Shown here piece by piece: positions 35,089-44,717 of a stretch of 64,000 nt of DNA; positions within the stretch are counted from its first letter, which is position 1, and every line of letters starts with the position of its first letter. Source of the stretch: Takakia lepidozioides (taxonomy: Eukaryota; Plantae; Bryophyta); NCBI GenBank assembly GCA_030704615.1, contig CM060731.1, positions 82,522,001-82,586,000 of the forward strand. Direction: 5' to 3'. A model generated the notes under the pieces. That model did no database searches. It had not been told where the DNA came from and was given only the letters and a program-made list of their open reading frames with translations. A program made the translations under genes and the position numbers.

Positions 35089-35415
35089 TGTCGCGAACCT
35101 CCCTTCGGTTAAGCTCCCTTCACGTCATAGGTACTCGTTTTGATGTGCGCGCCTAACTCCCAAACTAGCCGCCGGGCCAACTCGGAGCTTCGGCTACTCA
35201 CCGGGACATAACGGTCCCCCTTGGCTCCTCCACAAAACCCTCGCTCATTCTGGCCCTAGTGGAAATCCCTTGGGTTGGTTGGCAGTCCGGAACAGCTCCC
35301 CACACCTTGGTCGCTTTCCGGCTCGCACGCTTACTTTGGTCACCAACGGACTTGCACCGTTCTCGCGGTTACTACTCCCTATATATATTTCTATGAATGT
35401 CTGCGGGGGTTTCAC
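35089..35415 (+). repeat. Dispersed ~325-bp repeat starting TGTCGCG; inverted copy at 62178-62509
   Basis: CCGGGACATAACGGTCCCCC, CAGTCCGGAACAGCTCCCCAC and TACTACTCCCTATATATA match the reverse complement of 62178-62509. Confidence 0.85.
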
Positions 35416-35524
35416 AAACAACACTGTCCTTTTAAGGCGAACCACCACGAAGACCCTTGACTCCCGGTGATGAGTCGCGGTGAGTCTTGGCCACCCACCA
35501 CGGCCCCAATGGACCGTGATGAGT

Positions 35525-35660
35525 CGAAATGTCTGCTGGCAAGGCTTGTTGGTATCCACGAACTGTAGACACTGGCAACAAATCAGGGTATTGTTGTACC
35601 AACTGAGCAACATGGCGCAGTGAGACGCGTCGTGCAGTCTCATCCCTCTCCACATACAGG
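35525..35660 (-). pseudogene. Isolated fragment of the retrotransposon DNMT domain
   Basis: LYVERDETARRVSLRHVAQLVQQYPDLLPVSTVRGYQQALPADIS, nearly identical to 43782-43918. Confidence 0.9.
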
Positions 35661-36834
35661 TCACCACAAGGTCTCCACACCCGGTAAAGTCTATGCCACC
35701 CCCACTAAGACCCACTAAGCTACCACTACCCCTCGTTGAAACACCCCCACCGCAACCTGGTGTGCTGAGCTCCACCTAGTGAGCGCCTTCGCCTCCTTGA
35801 GTGCCTTGGGCACTCAAGGGTGCTTCAGCCCCCGTACCTATGGTGCCACTGCCCCCACACAGGGGCAGCCCCTCTTGTGTCCCGACCCCCTTGCCCTCAA
35901 GGCAAAGGGCCGTGACAACTAGTGCAAAGTGGACAAGGAGGAGATACAAATGGATGAGGATTAGAAGGTGGAGGAGGTGGAGCTGGACTAATACAACTAG
36001 AGCGTACTGGTGATGGATGTGGAATATCATTATGAGGAGGCGCCAGTGCAAGCAGTGGGCTGCAAGCTCGGCGACCAAATAATCGACGGGCATATGGTAA
36101 GCCCCTCGTCTCACGGACCATATCTATGTTAAGCTGAGGGAAAAACAAAGTCACATCCGGCAAAGGATGGTCCACCTCCAACTCAAAAGAACTGTCAACC
36201 ATCTCATCACGTATCTGTGATGTACTGTTTTCGCGCGCTTGGAGGGCATTGACTCGTGGCTGCACGTAATACATGATTCATACAATTAGTTTGTAGATTA
36301 CCCAAATATTTCACCACAACAACTTTCATTCTAATATCAATTACAAGTCATTTTTAAATAAACGAGTATTTACAACAAACGTATGTCCTTATATACTAGC
36401 ACAAATAATGTTACAACCATGGGGTATAGAAGACTCACCCTTGCCACATCGGCAATCCCATGTGTCTCATAGTTCCCTAATGGTAACGAAGAACGAAGCC
36501 ACCCCATAGCGTTAGTACAACAACAGTCTGTCGATGCCCGAGCTTTTAAGGTGGCTGCTTAGAGAAGTGCAACTTTTGTGCATTTGATGATTACATCTTG
36601 TAGCCTAATAAGGAGTCCCTTACCTCAGATTGTTGGTACATCTTCCTATTCTGTGACCCCACTTGCTAAGGCATCCTGCTACCAGCAATGTATCTGGTCA
36701 GTCAACAACCTTGCAGCTGGGATGTCTCCACCAACATTGGCCTTTCAAATTGGAGCCAAGGATACATTGGTAACATATTTAGCATAAGAAGGAGACCGGG
36801 TCTTCATTGAAAGCATTGAAAAAGAGGCACTTAC

Positions 36835-38075
36835 CGGGTGCCGCAATCATATGCTTCTATAGAAGTCGGCAGTATTGGCCAGCTGGGCAGAACATGGAAA
36901 CAGTAGAGCTAACATCAGACCACTTGTTGGCTCCCCCACATGAGGCATTACTGTTGCCCGGTCTCACCTCATAGCCATATCTGCAGCATCCACACCATGC
37001 GTACATCAACACACAATCTTGGCCTAGCAGATCACATCAACGACTTGAGAATATAAGAACTAACACATACATGGAGTGATCCCTGTCAGTACTCCGTTGG
37101 CTATTATCTGCTCCAAACTCAACAGATCCATAATCCTGGAAGCGAAGGATGGAAATCAGGGGGAGGGAATGGAATGGTACCTCCGCGGAAATCTCAAAGA
37201 GACCATGGGAGGGAGAAATGACATATATCAATGTAAGAGCCTAGTAAACTCTGAAGTGAACTCTAAACTCAAATTGACAGGTACCCCATGGTAAGATGAG
37301 AGATAGCCATATCCCTTATGGAGAGAGTAAGAAAGAAAGATGATATGTGTCTTCAGACCTATTAGAGAAAGACACACACAAACACCTTCCAGCCCTGAAA
37401 TTAACAAGAGTTATAGGCTGAGGACTCACGGAGCACAGGTCCCAGCTGTTTCGTTCAATGTAGCGACAGGGCAGTAGGCACCGAGACAAGCTTACACATG
37501 GCAGAACAGTGCTTTATTGTGAGTAACCTTCACGGTCAAAGAGGCAAATGCTGACTATTGTATGCTCAACAATCATCAATCTAAAAAGCACTTTGAACCC
37601 TCAAAGATCTACTTACGAAGCATGCAGGTGAGACCCCGCGGGCAAAAAAACCCTGCACAGCATGGTTCCGAGATATTGTTTCTGGCAGGGACAAACTAAC
37701 GTCCTAAATCCACTGGTGGCATTGCTGCAGCAGCCCAACCTGACTCGCATGCTTGTGACCAATGACTTGAGTTACAGTTAATGTTCGGGGGAGGGGAGGC
37801 CAAAGTTCCAAGATTTCCAAAATAGAGTGTAATCTCACTCGCCCCGCAAAGACGATCTGAAAAGTCGCCACCTGAAAGTTTCACATTGCAAAGGTTTATG
37901 GCAGAGTGCATATCGGTCACTGTGGTTCAGTACTGTGGAAACAACACGGCTTTTGAAGCATAGACAGAATAGAATAGTGACAAAGGGATGGGAGGCTGTA
38001 CCTGTCAAACTCACGCAATTTGCCATAAATGTTGAATTCTGCTGATAGCCAAATACTTCGTGCCTCTCTCTTTCC
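36835..38075 (-). pseudogene. Spliced N-terminal fragment of an ABCG24/ABCG28-like ABC transporter gene (Cys-rich extracellular region)
   Basis: Four GT-AG exons give NSTFMANCVSLT|GDFSDRLCGASEITLYF..PNINCNSSHWSQACESGWA..*FVPAR..PCCAGFFCPRGLTCML|..LGAYCPVATLNETAGTCAP|YGY..SCGGANKWSDV..FCPAGQYC. There is an in-frame TAG at 37696-37698 and no ABC domain was seen. Confidence 0.78.
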
Positions 38076-38828
38076 CTACGCCCACCAAAAGGAGATATGA
38101 CCACATATTCAAGCTTGCTTGTCAAAGCCAGAGGGATGCTCTGACCTGTGTGGAGTGATCAATTCAGCCATAGGACCTACTTCTTGCAATGAACTAAGGA
38201 TTCATGGGAACCCATGAATTCAGCATTTCATCCTACTTGAAGCGGGAATTGTTGCTATCCGTGCGCGGTGAAGATTTCAGTCTCATTCCATGGCTGAACG
38301 GCTTACAAGGAGGGTAACATCTTGGGGACTGCTGTCGAGGGCCAGTTTTCAGAAGAGTGTATGTCCCCTTGCCTTGTTCAGCATTTCTGATACAAGCAAA
38401 TGGCAGTCATGTCTTCACTATTCTCAAGCCAAGACACGGGTCCTCCATAGTTTAGGATGGTTTCAGCTCTCTACAGTTCTCAAAAGGGGTGAACTTTGAC
38501 ATTAGTCAAGTAGTGACGGAGGAGGAATGCTTATGAAGGAAATCTTCCAGGGTCTAAGCTTGTGGAAATACAAGTCTTGAAGGACCTCAATCAACTGACG
38601 ACTGCTCTATGTTGGGTTTTGGGGGAACTGTCAATAGGTGAACCCATTTCAGCATAAATGAATGCTAATGCGACGGGCAACAGGGGCGCACGCTTCTAAA
38701 ACGCTACAACCCCCAGGCAGCGACCCCAGGGAGTCGCAGCTAAAATGTGATGGGATGTGAAGCCTTAAAACAGGCCTGAAGCATATACTCCTTTCCTCTC
38801 AAGAAGCGAACTTGCACAACAAAGGGGC

Positions 38829-39357
38829 TGTCGTGCGCATACATATCGCTACACAACTACATCGCTGTCCAAACCACACCACACATATATGCACAATAAA
38901 GTAGTCTGCCACAATGATAAACAAAGCTAAAAAGGACATACACTTCCAACACAAGAAATATAAAATCCATCGCTATCACTCATTGAAACTGAAGTCGAGC
39001 CAGGGGCACCCCAAGCTATGGGGACTCCACCCCACAACAACCTGTATCCCTACATAAGCACACTAAAACCTAAACACATGCAGGAGCTCGGTCGCGCAGG
39101 CTCAACTCGAGAGAGATGAGCCACGCGACGCCGCTCTCGTGAAGATAAGGCCATTCAGGTGTCAAACTAAACTTGACACCTGATTTAACACTTGACCTAA
39201 ATCCAAGTGTTAAATACAAATAACTAGCTTTATTCTAGTTGTTTTCACACTGTGCTTATTTAACTTGACAGCTGTCGTGCGCATACATATCGCTACACAA
39301 CTACATCGCTGTCCAAACCACACCACACATATATGCACAATAAAGTAGTCTGCCACA
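38829..39357 (-). repeat. 3' split terminal repeat of element A: A(85)-GC-B(356)-T-A(85)
   Basis: The two A copies are identical. B matches 49954-50310 with one 1-bp indel seen. Confidence 0.96.
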
Positions 39358-39358
39358 A

Positions 39359-39372
39359 TCGCCCCCCTAGCT
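39359..39372 (-). promoter_or_regulatory. Polypurine tract of element A
   Basis: AGCTAGGGGGGCGA on the minus strand, followed by T and TGTGGCAG. The identical motif is at 2112-2125. Confidence 0.85.
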
Positions 39373-39615
39373 GGTGGATAGGTCCCTCTAACTCCAGATA
39401 GCTACAAGATGTAATAGCCACAGCCGTACTAAGTCCCTATCACTGTCCCTATTGTACTCAAACTCTATAGACCAAGAGGCCGGGTACAAGAGTAGCCCCA
39501 TCGTTAGTCGCCGTCTTGCAATCTGTGAACTTGAGCCAGAACCTCGTGTGTTCAAGGTCTCCTGTAGCTGGGCCTTGCGTTGCTTGTTAGCCTTCCATGG
39601 TTGTATCCACTCCCA

Positions 39616-41475
39616 CTATCCAATGCATTGTGGACATAACCAATCCCCATCCGGAACCATCTCAAGAGGTGGAGTCAAGCACCCCATATGCCAACCTCTA
39701 GAGCATCGATCACACACCAGCATGGTGGCTGCCCCTTTAGCAGACCCACACAACATGCACCTCAAACCTGCAGATACCACTGCCAGGTTTGGGTCAATCC
39801 TGCCATCGACATTCGGAAGGTGACATGGCGCACAATTACGCACATGGTCCTTCCAAGTTATGCCATCCCGACCCTCCAAGACCAAGACGCCTGAGGGCAA
39901 GACCTCTCGAACCCTCAAAATAACACGTCCTGCAGTCACATCCAGGGTCGTAGGAGCAGTCTGCTGCAGATAGACATAGTCACCAGGGTTGAATCTCCGA
40001 ACCCCAGGACGATAGCCCCCACCACGTATGGTAGCATACCTCAACGTATCACGGTGTTGTGCAATGGCAAGGTTCTCGAAAGCCATGGGCATGACTCTCT
40101 TGAACAACTCTGCACGCTGCTCACATGCACGTGCCCACACGTCCGGATCGTCAAGGTTAAGAACTGTAGCAGCTTCTCTGCGAATGGATGTAGGCAAATC
40201 CGGCTCTCGGCCAAAGAGAAGAAAGTATGGTGAGAAGGAGGCAAGTGATGCTTGCTTGCTGAACCTGTAGCCCATGGCTAACCAGGGTAACTGAAGGTCC
40301 CAATCTCCTAGGTGTCCCTTCTGCAAGCCATACTTGCGCAAACCCCTCTTTACTGTCTGAACAACTCTCTCTGCCAAGCCATCGGCTTCAGGATGATCCC
40401 GAGAAGTGGTGCGGTGGTCTATCAAGGCCTTGTCACACAAAGCCTGAAACTCCCCCAAGAACTCTCTCCCTTGGTCCGTGAGTACCTCAGCTGGAGCACC
40501 GAATCGGCTAAGCACACAATCCAGGAATGCATACGCAGCTCCCTCACTAGCCTTATCAGGCAATGGAACCAATTCAATCCACTTGGAGAAGTGCTCCACC
40601 ATCACCAACACGTACTTGTTGTGGCGCATGGTCAGTGGCAACGGCCCTGCGAAGTCAAGACTCCACCTGTAGCCCAATCCCATGATCGGAAGAGGGTGCA
40701 ATTGTGGAGTAGGGGCGTTGAATGAAGCACGCACCCTGTCACACACCATGCACCTAGCCACAAATTGTTGCACCTCTGTGTGCATACCACGCCACCAATA
40801 CTGCCCCTGCAGTAGACTATGAGTGCGTCGCACCCCAAAATGCCCCAACTCCTCATGGGCATGCCGCACTAACCGTGCCCGCTGTGTTGGGTGAGGCACA
40901 ATCCTCACTCGACCATCCTCCCACACTCGGAGCAGGTGTGTCCCCTCCCACCTGAACCTCTTGGCTCGTTGTAGGATCCGATCCCTCTCCTTGGCAGTCA
41001 TAGTGGCTGCCGTGTCTCCACTGCGGAGGTAGTCCAACACAACTGAATCCTCATGTATATCTTTGGCGCCACCCTGCTCATTGCTGGCCTCAGGGTCCTC
41101 AGACACTTGATCTACAGTCATCCCTGTTGTAGGTCCAACCTGGCCTTCCGCTGCCAAGATACACAGAAATGCAGATGCATGCCATCCGGGCACCATCTCC
41201 TCGTCCGTCTCACCATGCCACCGAGCTCCAGTGTCATCCTGCTGGCTCGTGCATGGATTGCGACTCAACCCATCTGCATTTCGATTGACCAAACCCGGTC
41301 GATGCACCACCTGAAAGTCATACTCTTGAAGGATGAGTGCCCACCGTGCAAGCTTCCCCGTAAGCTTGTCTGACTCCATCAACCACTTGAGTGGTTGGTG
41401 ATCCGTGACAAGGGTGAAGAGATTGCCGTATAATAGCACCTGAAGTGTGCCACGGCCCACACTGCAGCTAAGCAT
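39616..41475 (-). CDS. pol: Element A RNase H C-terminus, integrase and C-terminal PHD finger
   Basis: HEELGHFG...CMVC zinc domain, LDFAGP, TDQGREF, DGLAER, and C4HC3 PHD CMLC...CDRC...HMGC...WLCPQC (~39622-39760). Confidence 0.96.
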   Translation of the reverse strand: MLSCSVGRGTLQVLLYGNLFTLVTDHQPLKWLMESDKLTGKLARWALILQEYDFQVVHRPGLVNRNADGLSRNPCTSQQDDTGARWHGETDEEMVPGWHASAFLCILAAEGQVGPTTGMTVDQVSEDPEASNEQGGAKDIHEDSVVLDYLRSGDTAATMTAKERDRILQRAKRFRWEGTHLLRVWEDGRVRIVPHPTQRARLVRHAHEELGHFGVRRTHSLLQGQYWWRGMHTEVQQFVARCMVCDRVRASFNAPTPQLHPLPIMGLGYRWSLDFAGPLPLTMRHNKYVLVMVEHFSKWIELVPLPDKASEGAAYAFLDCVLSRFGAPAEVLTDQGREFLGEFQALCDKALIDHRTTSRDHPEADGLAERVVQTVKRGLRKYGLQKGHLGDWDLQLPWLAMGYRFSKQASLASFSPYFLLFGREPDLPTSIRREAATVLNLDDPDVWARACEQRAELFKRVMPMAFENLAIAQHRDTLRYATIRGGGYRPGVRRFNPGDYVYLQQTAPTTLDVTAGRVILRVREVLPSGVLVLEGRDGITWKDHVRNCAPCHLPNVDGRIDPNLAVVSAGLRCMLCGSAKGAATMLVCDRCSRGWHMGCLTPPLEMVPDGDWLCPQCIG

Positions 41476-42749
41476 TCTCCCTCATATGAGCTATACTTAG
41501 ACTCTGCAGCATTGTTCGAGCGGCTAGCATAAGCCACTACGAACTCTCTTCCCTCATCATCCACCTGTGTGAGCACCGCTCCAAGCCCCAGCATGCTCCA
41601 ATCTGTATGCAGCTGAAAAGGACGCCCCCTGATAGGTCGTCTCAAGATGGGCGCCGAGGTCAACCTCGCCTTGAGCTCTTGAAAAGCTTGTTCTTGCTCA
41701 TCTTCCCACTGCCACTCCTGGTCCACCTTGGTCAGCTTGGTTAGAGCCTTTGCAATGGCACTAAATCCCTTAACAAACCGTCTGTAATAGTTTGCTAACC
41801 CCATGAAAGCTCGAACTCGGCTCACATCCGTGGGGCGTGGAACCTGTGCAATGGACTCTACCTTAGTCTGCTGTACCCCCAATCCTCCAGGATATATCAT
41901 GTGACCCAGATACTCAATCTGGTTGTGGAAAAACTTGCACTTGCCCGGATGTAACTTCAATCCGTGCGTCCTCAAGCGCTCAAATACCCCCTGAAGGTGT
42001 CTCTCATGCTCCTCCACCGTAGCACTAAAGATGATGATGTCATCTATGTAGCACCGAGCAAACTCCACCCCTGCTAGAATCCTGTCCATGACTCTTTGAA
42101 ACTCAGCGGGAGCGTTTTTAAGCCCAAATGGTAAGAACCGCCACTGGTATAGGCAATCCTTCCCGTGCTCATTGATCCCCCAGAATGCCGTCTTTTGCTT
42201 ATCCGCCTCCTTGATCGGCAACTGGTGATATCCGGATCGTAAATCCAACGTGCTAAAGACCTTGGAATGCCCAATGGCATCAAAGATCTCCTCTGGTGTT
42301 GGCATGGCATACCTATCGGACTTGGTCTGACGATTTACAGGCCGGTAATCACCGCACATACGTCTCTCCGTCCAATTGCCATAGACATCCTTCTTAGCTG
42401 GCATCACTGTGGCTGAAGCATACTCTCCACCAGAGAGCTCCACCAAACCTGCCTCCCAGAGATCTTGAGTCCTCATCTGAATCAAAGACCTCTCCATGTC
42501 ACTGTATCTATAGGGTCTCCGAAAGATTGGCGTGTCAGTGGCCAACTCAATACGGATCTCTTGACCCTTCAGTGCTCCCAAGTCCTTCAAACTGAAGGCA
42601 AAGCAATTCCTGTAAGCCCTCAGGAACCGCCGTATACGTCGTCTCTCTCCTCCGGTGACAATGGGTCCAATATCAGGCTCCCAATTGTCCTCCGTAACTG
42701 CAACCTTAAGTCCAGTGGGCTTAGAGGTAGAGGACGCGTCCCGTGGTTG
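41379..42749 (-). CDS. pol: Element A reverse transcriptase and RNase H, in frame with the upstream ORF across one TAG
   Basis: LDLRSGYHQ, LPFGLKNAP, YIDD, HTDWS and YEGECLA motifs. Confidence 0.96.
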   Translation of the reverse strand, partial: QPRDASSTSKPTGLKVAVTEDNWEPDIGPIVTGGERRRIRRFLRAYRNCFAFSLKDLGALKGQEIRIELATDTPIFRRPYRYSDMERSLIQMRTQDLWEAGLVELSGGEYASATVMPAKKDVYGNWTERRMCGDYRPVNRQTKSDRYAMPTPEEIFDAIGHSKVFSTLDLRSGYHQLPIKEADKQKTAFWGINEHGKDCLYQWRFLPFGLKNAPAEFQRVMDRILAGVEFARCYIDDIIIFSATVEEHERHLQGVFERLRTHGLKLHPGKCKFFHNQIEYLGHMIYPGGLGVQQTKVESIAQVPRPTDVSRVRAFMGLANYYRRFVKGFSAIAKALTKLTKVDQEWQWEDEQEQAFQELKARLTSAPILRRPIRGRPFQLHTDWSMLGLGAVLTQVDDEGREFVVAYASRSNNAAESKYSSYEGECLAAVWAVAHFRCYYTAISSPLSRITNHSSG

Positions 42750-44717
42750 CTATGCTGCAACCTCTTGAGCAGTACCCCCTTCCTGCTCAGTCAATGACAA
42801 GGCCTCATCCTGCCCCATCATCTCATCATTGAGAACCTCCTCATCCCGAGAAGAATCCCCAACCTCATCCATCACAGCTGCCTTCGCTGCCAACTCCCTC
42901 TGAACCTCGAGCACCTCCCACATGTGCCATGGATGTCTACACCTCGTGGTCCTCACCGGCTCGCCCCCACTCGCTGCCTGTACCGTCTCGGTAGGCAGAG
43001 AGACCATCAAGGGAAGTGCACTCCGCACTCTACGTTGCTCAGCCATAGCCAAGCTGACAATCCAGGTCAAGCAATTGAGATCCATTGCTTGCCCCAACAC
43101 CTGACGACGTGATGCCTCAGAAAGAGAAGGCACCGCCGTGGTCCCAGTGGAAAACCCCATAGCCCGCTCTCGCTCGTCGGCATTAGGCTCCACTAACTGC
43201 TGCAACTGAGCATCCCACAGGAGGCCAGGTCCACCATCCCGAAAAGCATGGGATCCTGGGAAGCTGAGCAGTGTAGGTAATGCTGCTCGTGGTTGACCCA
43301 CCCTGTTGACCACTGCCAAAGGCGAACGGTCATCGTGTCTCACACGTTGAGACTGCCTTCCTGTGTCCAAAATGCCATCCACGGTGAGGTGTGCTGGCCG
43401 CTGCACCCCATCAAATGCACGCTTGAGCAGTGCGGGTGGCATCAAGTTAGTCCACCATAGTCGTGGACGATGAGCCCGTGACCCCACTGCAGCTGCATCC
43501 AGCAACACTGCTGACCCAAGCCACGACCGGACTTGATGCACACTGGCCATCACCCTGGCCCGAGAATCACCCATCAGTGGCACATTCTCCAAGATGTATG
43601 CCGGAGATACAGCCTGATGAAGCTGCAAGTGGCGCAAAATCCGCACCATCTCCCAAAACAGACCCGTCCTCGAGTCTCGCAATCCATTGCCATGCCCGGC
43701 TGATGAATGCCCTTGGCAGGGCCAACCTGCCACTACCAGATCAATGGAGCCAACCCGCTCCAAATCCTGCGCCCCCAGCAACGAAATGTCTGCTGGCAAG
43801 GCCTGCTGATATCCACGAACTGCAGACACCTGCAACAACTCAGGGTGCTGCTGCACCATCTGAGCAACATGGCGCAGTGAGACGCGTCGTGCAGTCTCAT
43901 CCCTCTCCACATACAGGTAACGTCGAACTCGTACACCTGCCTGCAGCACTGCAGCCAATCCAGTGCTGATCCCGCCAAATAAGTCCAGAAGGCATATGCC
44001 TTCATCCGGTCGCTGCCACACAAGAGGTGTGGTGTCCAATGGCGACAACTGAGGTGGCCCTGGTGCAATCACCGCACTCTCCTCCTCTCCTGACGGTACA
44101 AAAGCTTCTACCCAAGCTTGTTGCACCCGTCCATCAGCAGCGTGCTGCAAATCCTTGCTCGTACCCCACAACGGAGTGTGAGCAACCATGGCAGGCAACT
44201 CCGCCGTACCATGCATGTCATCCTGCTCTGCTGGAGGTGGCACATCCTCTGCATGGGCATTGCCTTCCAGCAACTCTCCAGGCCAACTAACTGCAGCTGT
44301 GAAGGCGGCTAGTGTTGGCATCTTGCCCCGCTGAGCAGCTGCAATACCCCCAATGAATGTCACAGGGAGCTGTGCACGGCGACCATCCCCTGACTGCCAT
44401 CCAGGCCTGTAGGATGCTGACTCCTCCCAGAAATCCAGGGTGAAGCCCATGGGGTATAACACTGCCCCACCAACGAGGACATCGTAAGAGACCGCGTCTG
44501 TCACAATGGCCTTGGCTCGCATCACTGAGCCATCTACAGGATGATCCGGCTGCAGTCTAATAGCCAACTGATGCCGTGTCATGCCGCGAGCCTGCTCTGA
44601 TCCTCCCAGAGATGTCTGTATCTGGAAAGGACAAGGCTCCATATCCGCCTCCATGAGGCCCAAACCTGCAATAGCAGCTCTGCCCAACATCAGTGGCTGA
44701 GCTCCTGAGTCCAACAA
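42750..44717 (-). CDS. Element A aspartic protease plus DNMT3-like C5 cytosine methyltransferase (~43050-44000)
   Basis: LLDSGA protease; MTase motifs I LDLFGGISTG, II YVERD, IV AGWPCQGHS, VI LENVP, VIII RAHRPRLWWTN, IX ERERAMGF and X RRQVLGQAM, in unpermuted order. Confidence 0.93.
   Translation of the reverse strand: MLDSGAQPLMLGRAAIAGLGLMEADMEPCPFQIQTSLGGSEQARGMTRHQLAIRLQPDHPVDGSVMRAKAIVTDAVSYDVLVGGAVLYPMGFTLDFWEESASYRPGWQSGDGRRAQLPVTFIGGIAAAQRGKMPTLAAFTAAVSWPGELLEGNAHAEDVPPPAEQDDMHGTAELPAMVAHTPLWGTSKDLQHAADGRVQQAWVEAFVPSGEEESAVIAPGPPQLSPLDTTPLVWQRPDEGICLLDLFGGISTGLAAVLQAGVRVRRYLYVERDETARRVSLRHVAQMVQQHPELLQVSAVRGYQQALPADISLLGAQDLERVGSIDLVVAGWPCQGHSSAGHGNGLRDSRTGLFWEMVRILRHLQLHQAVSPAYILENVPLMGDSRARVMASVHQVRSWLGSAVLLDAAAVGSRAHRPRLWWTNLMPPALLKRAFDGVQRPAHLTVDGILDTGRQSQRVRHDDRSPLAVVNRVGQPRAALPTLLSFPGSHAFRDGGPGLLWDAQLQQLVEPNADERERAMGFSTGTTAVPSLSEASRRQVLGQAMDLNCLTWIVSLAMAEQRRVRSALPLMVSLPTETVQAASGGEPVRTTRCRHPWHMWEVLEVQRELAAKAAVMDEVGDSSRDEEVLNDEMMGQDEALSLTEQEGGTAQEVAA

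Noticed and set aside
35460-35530. Hammerhead ribozyme (GTGATGAGTC...GAAA)
   Set aside because: The CUGAUGA core is imperfect, there are no convincing stems, and the GAAA belongs to the DNMT fragment.
38752-38828. GGGN target preference (TSDs GGGA and GGGC)
   Set aside because: Only two sites, and the flank of copy B is AATA.
38829-39357. A-B-A read as a solo LTR inserted into an LTR, or as an assembly duplication
   Set aside because: There is no TSD around B, the junctions are identical in diverged copy B, and the true TSD flanks the outer A and the far B.
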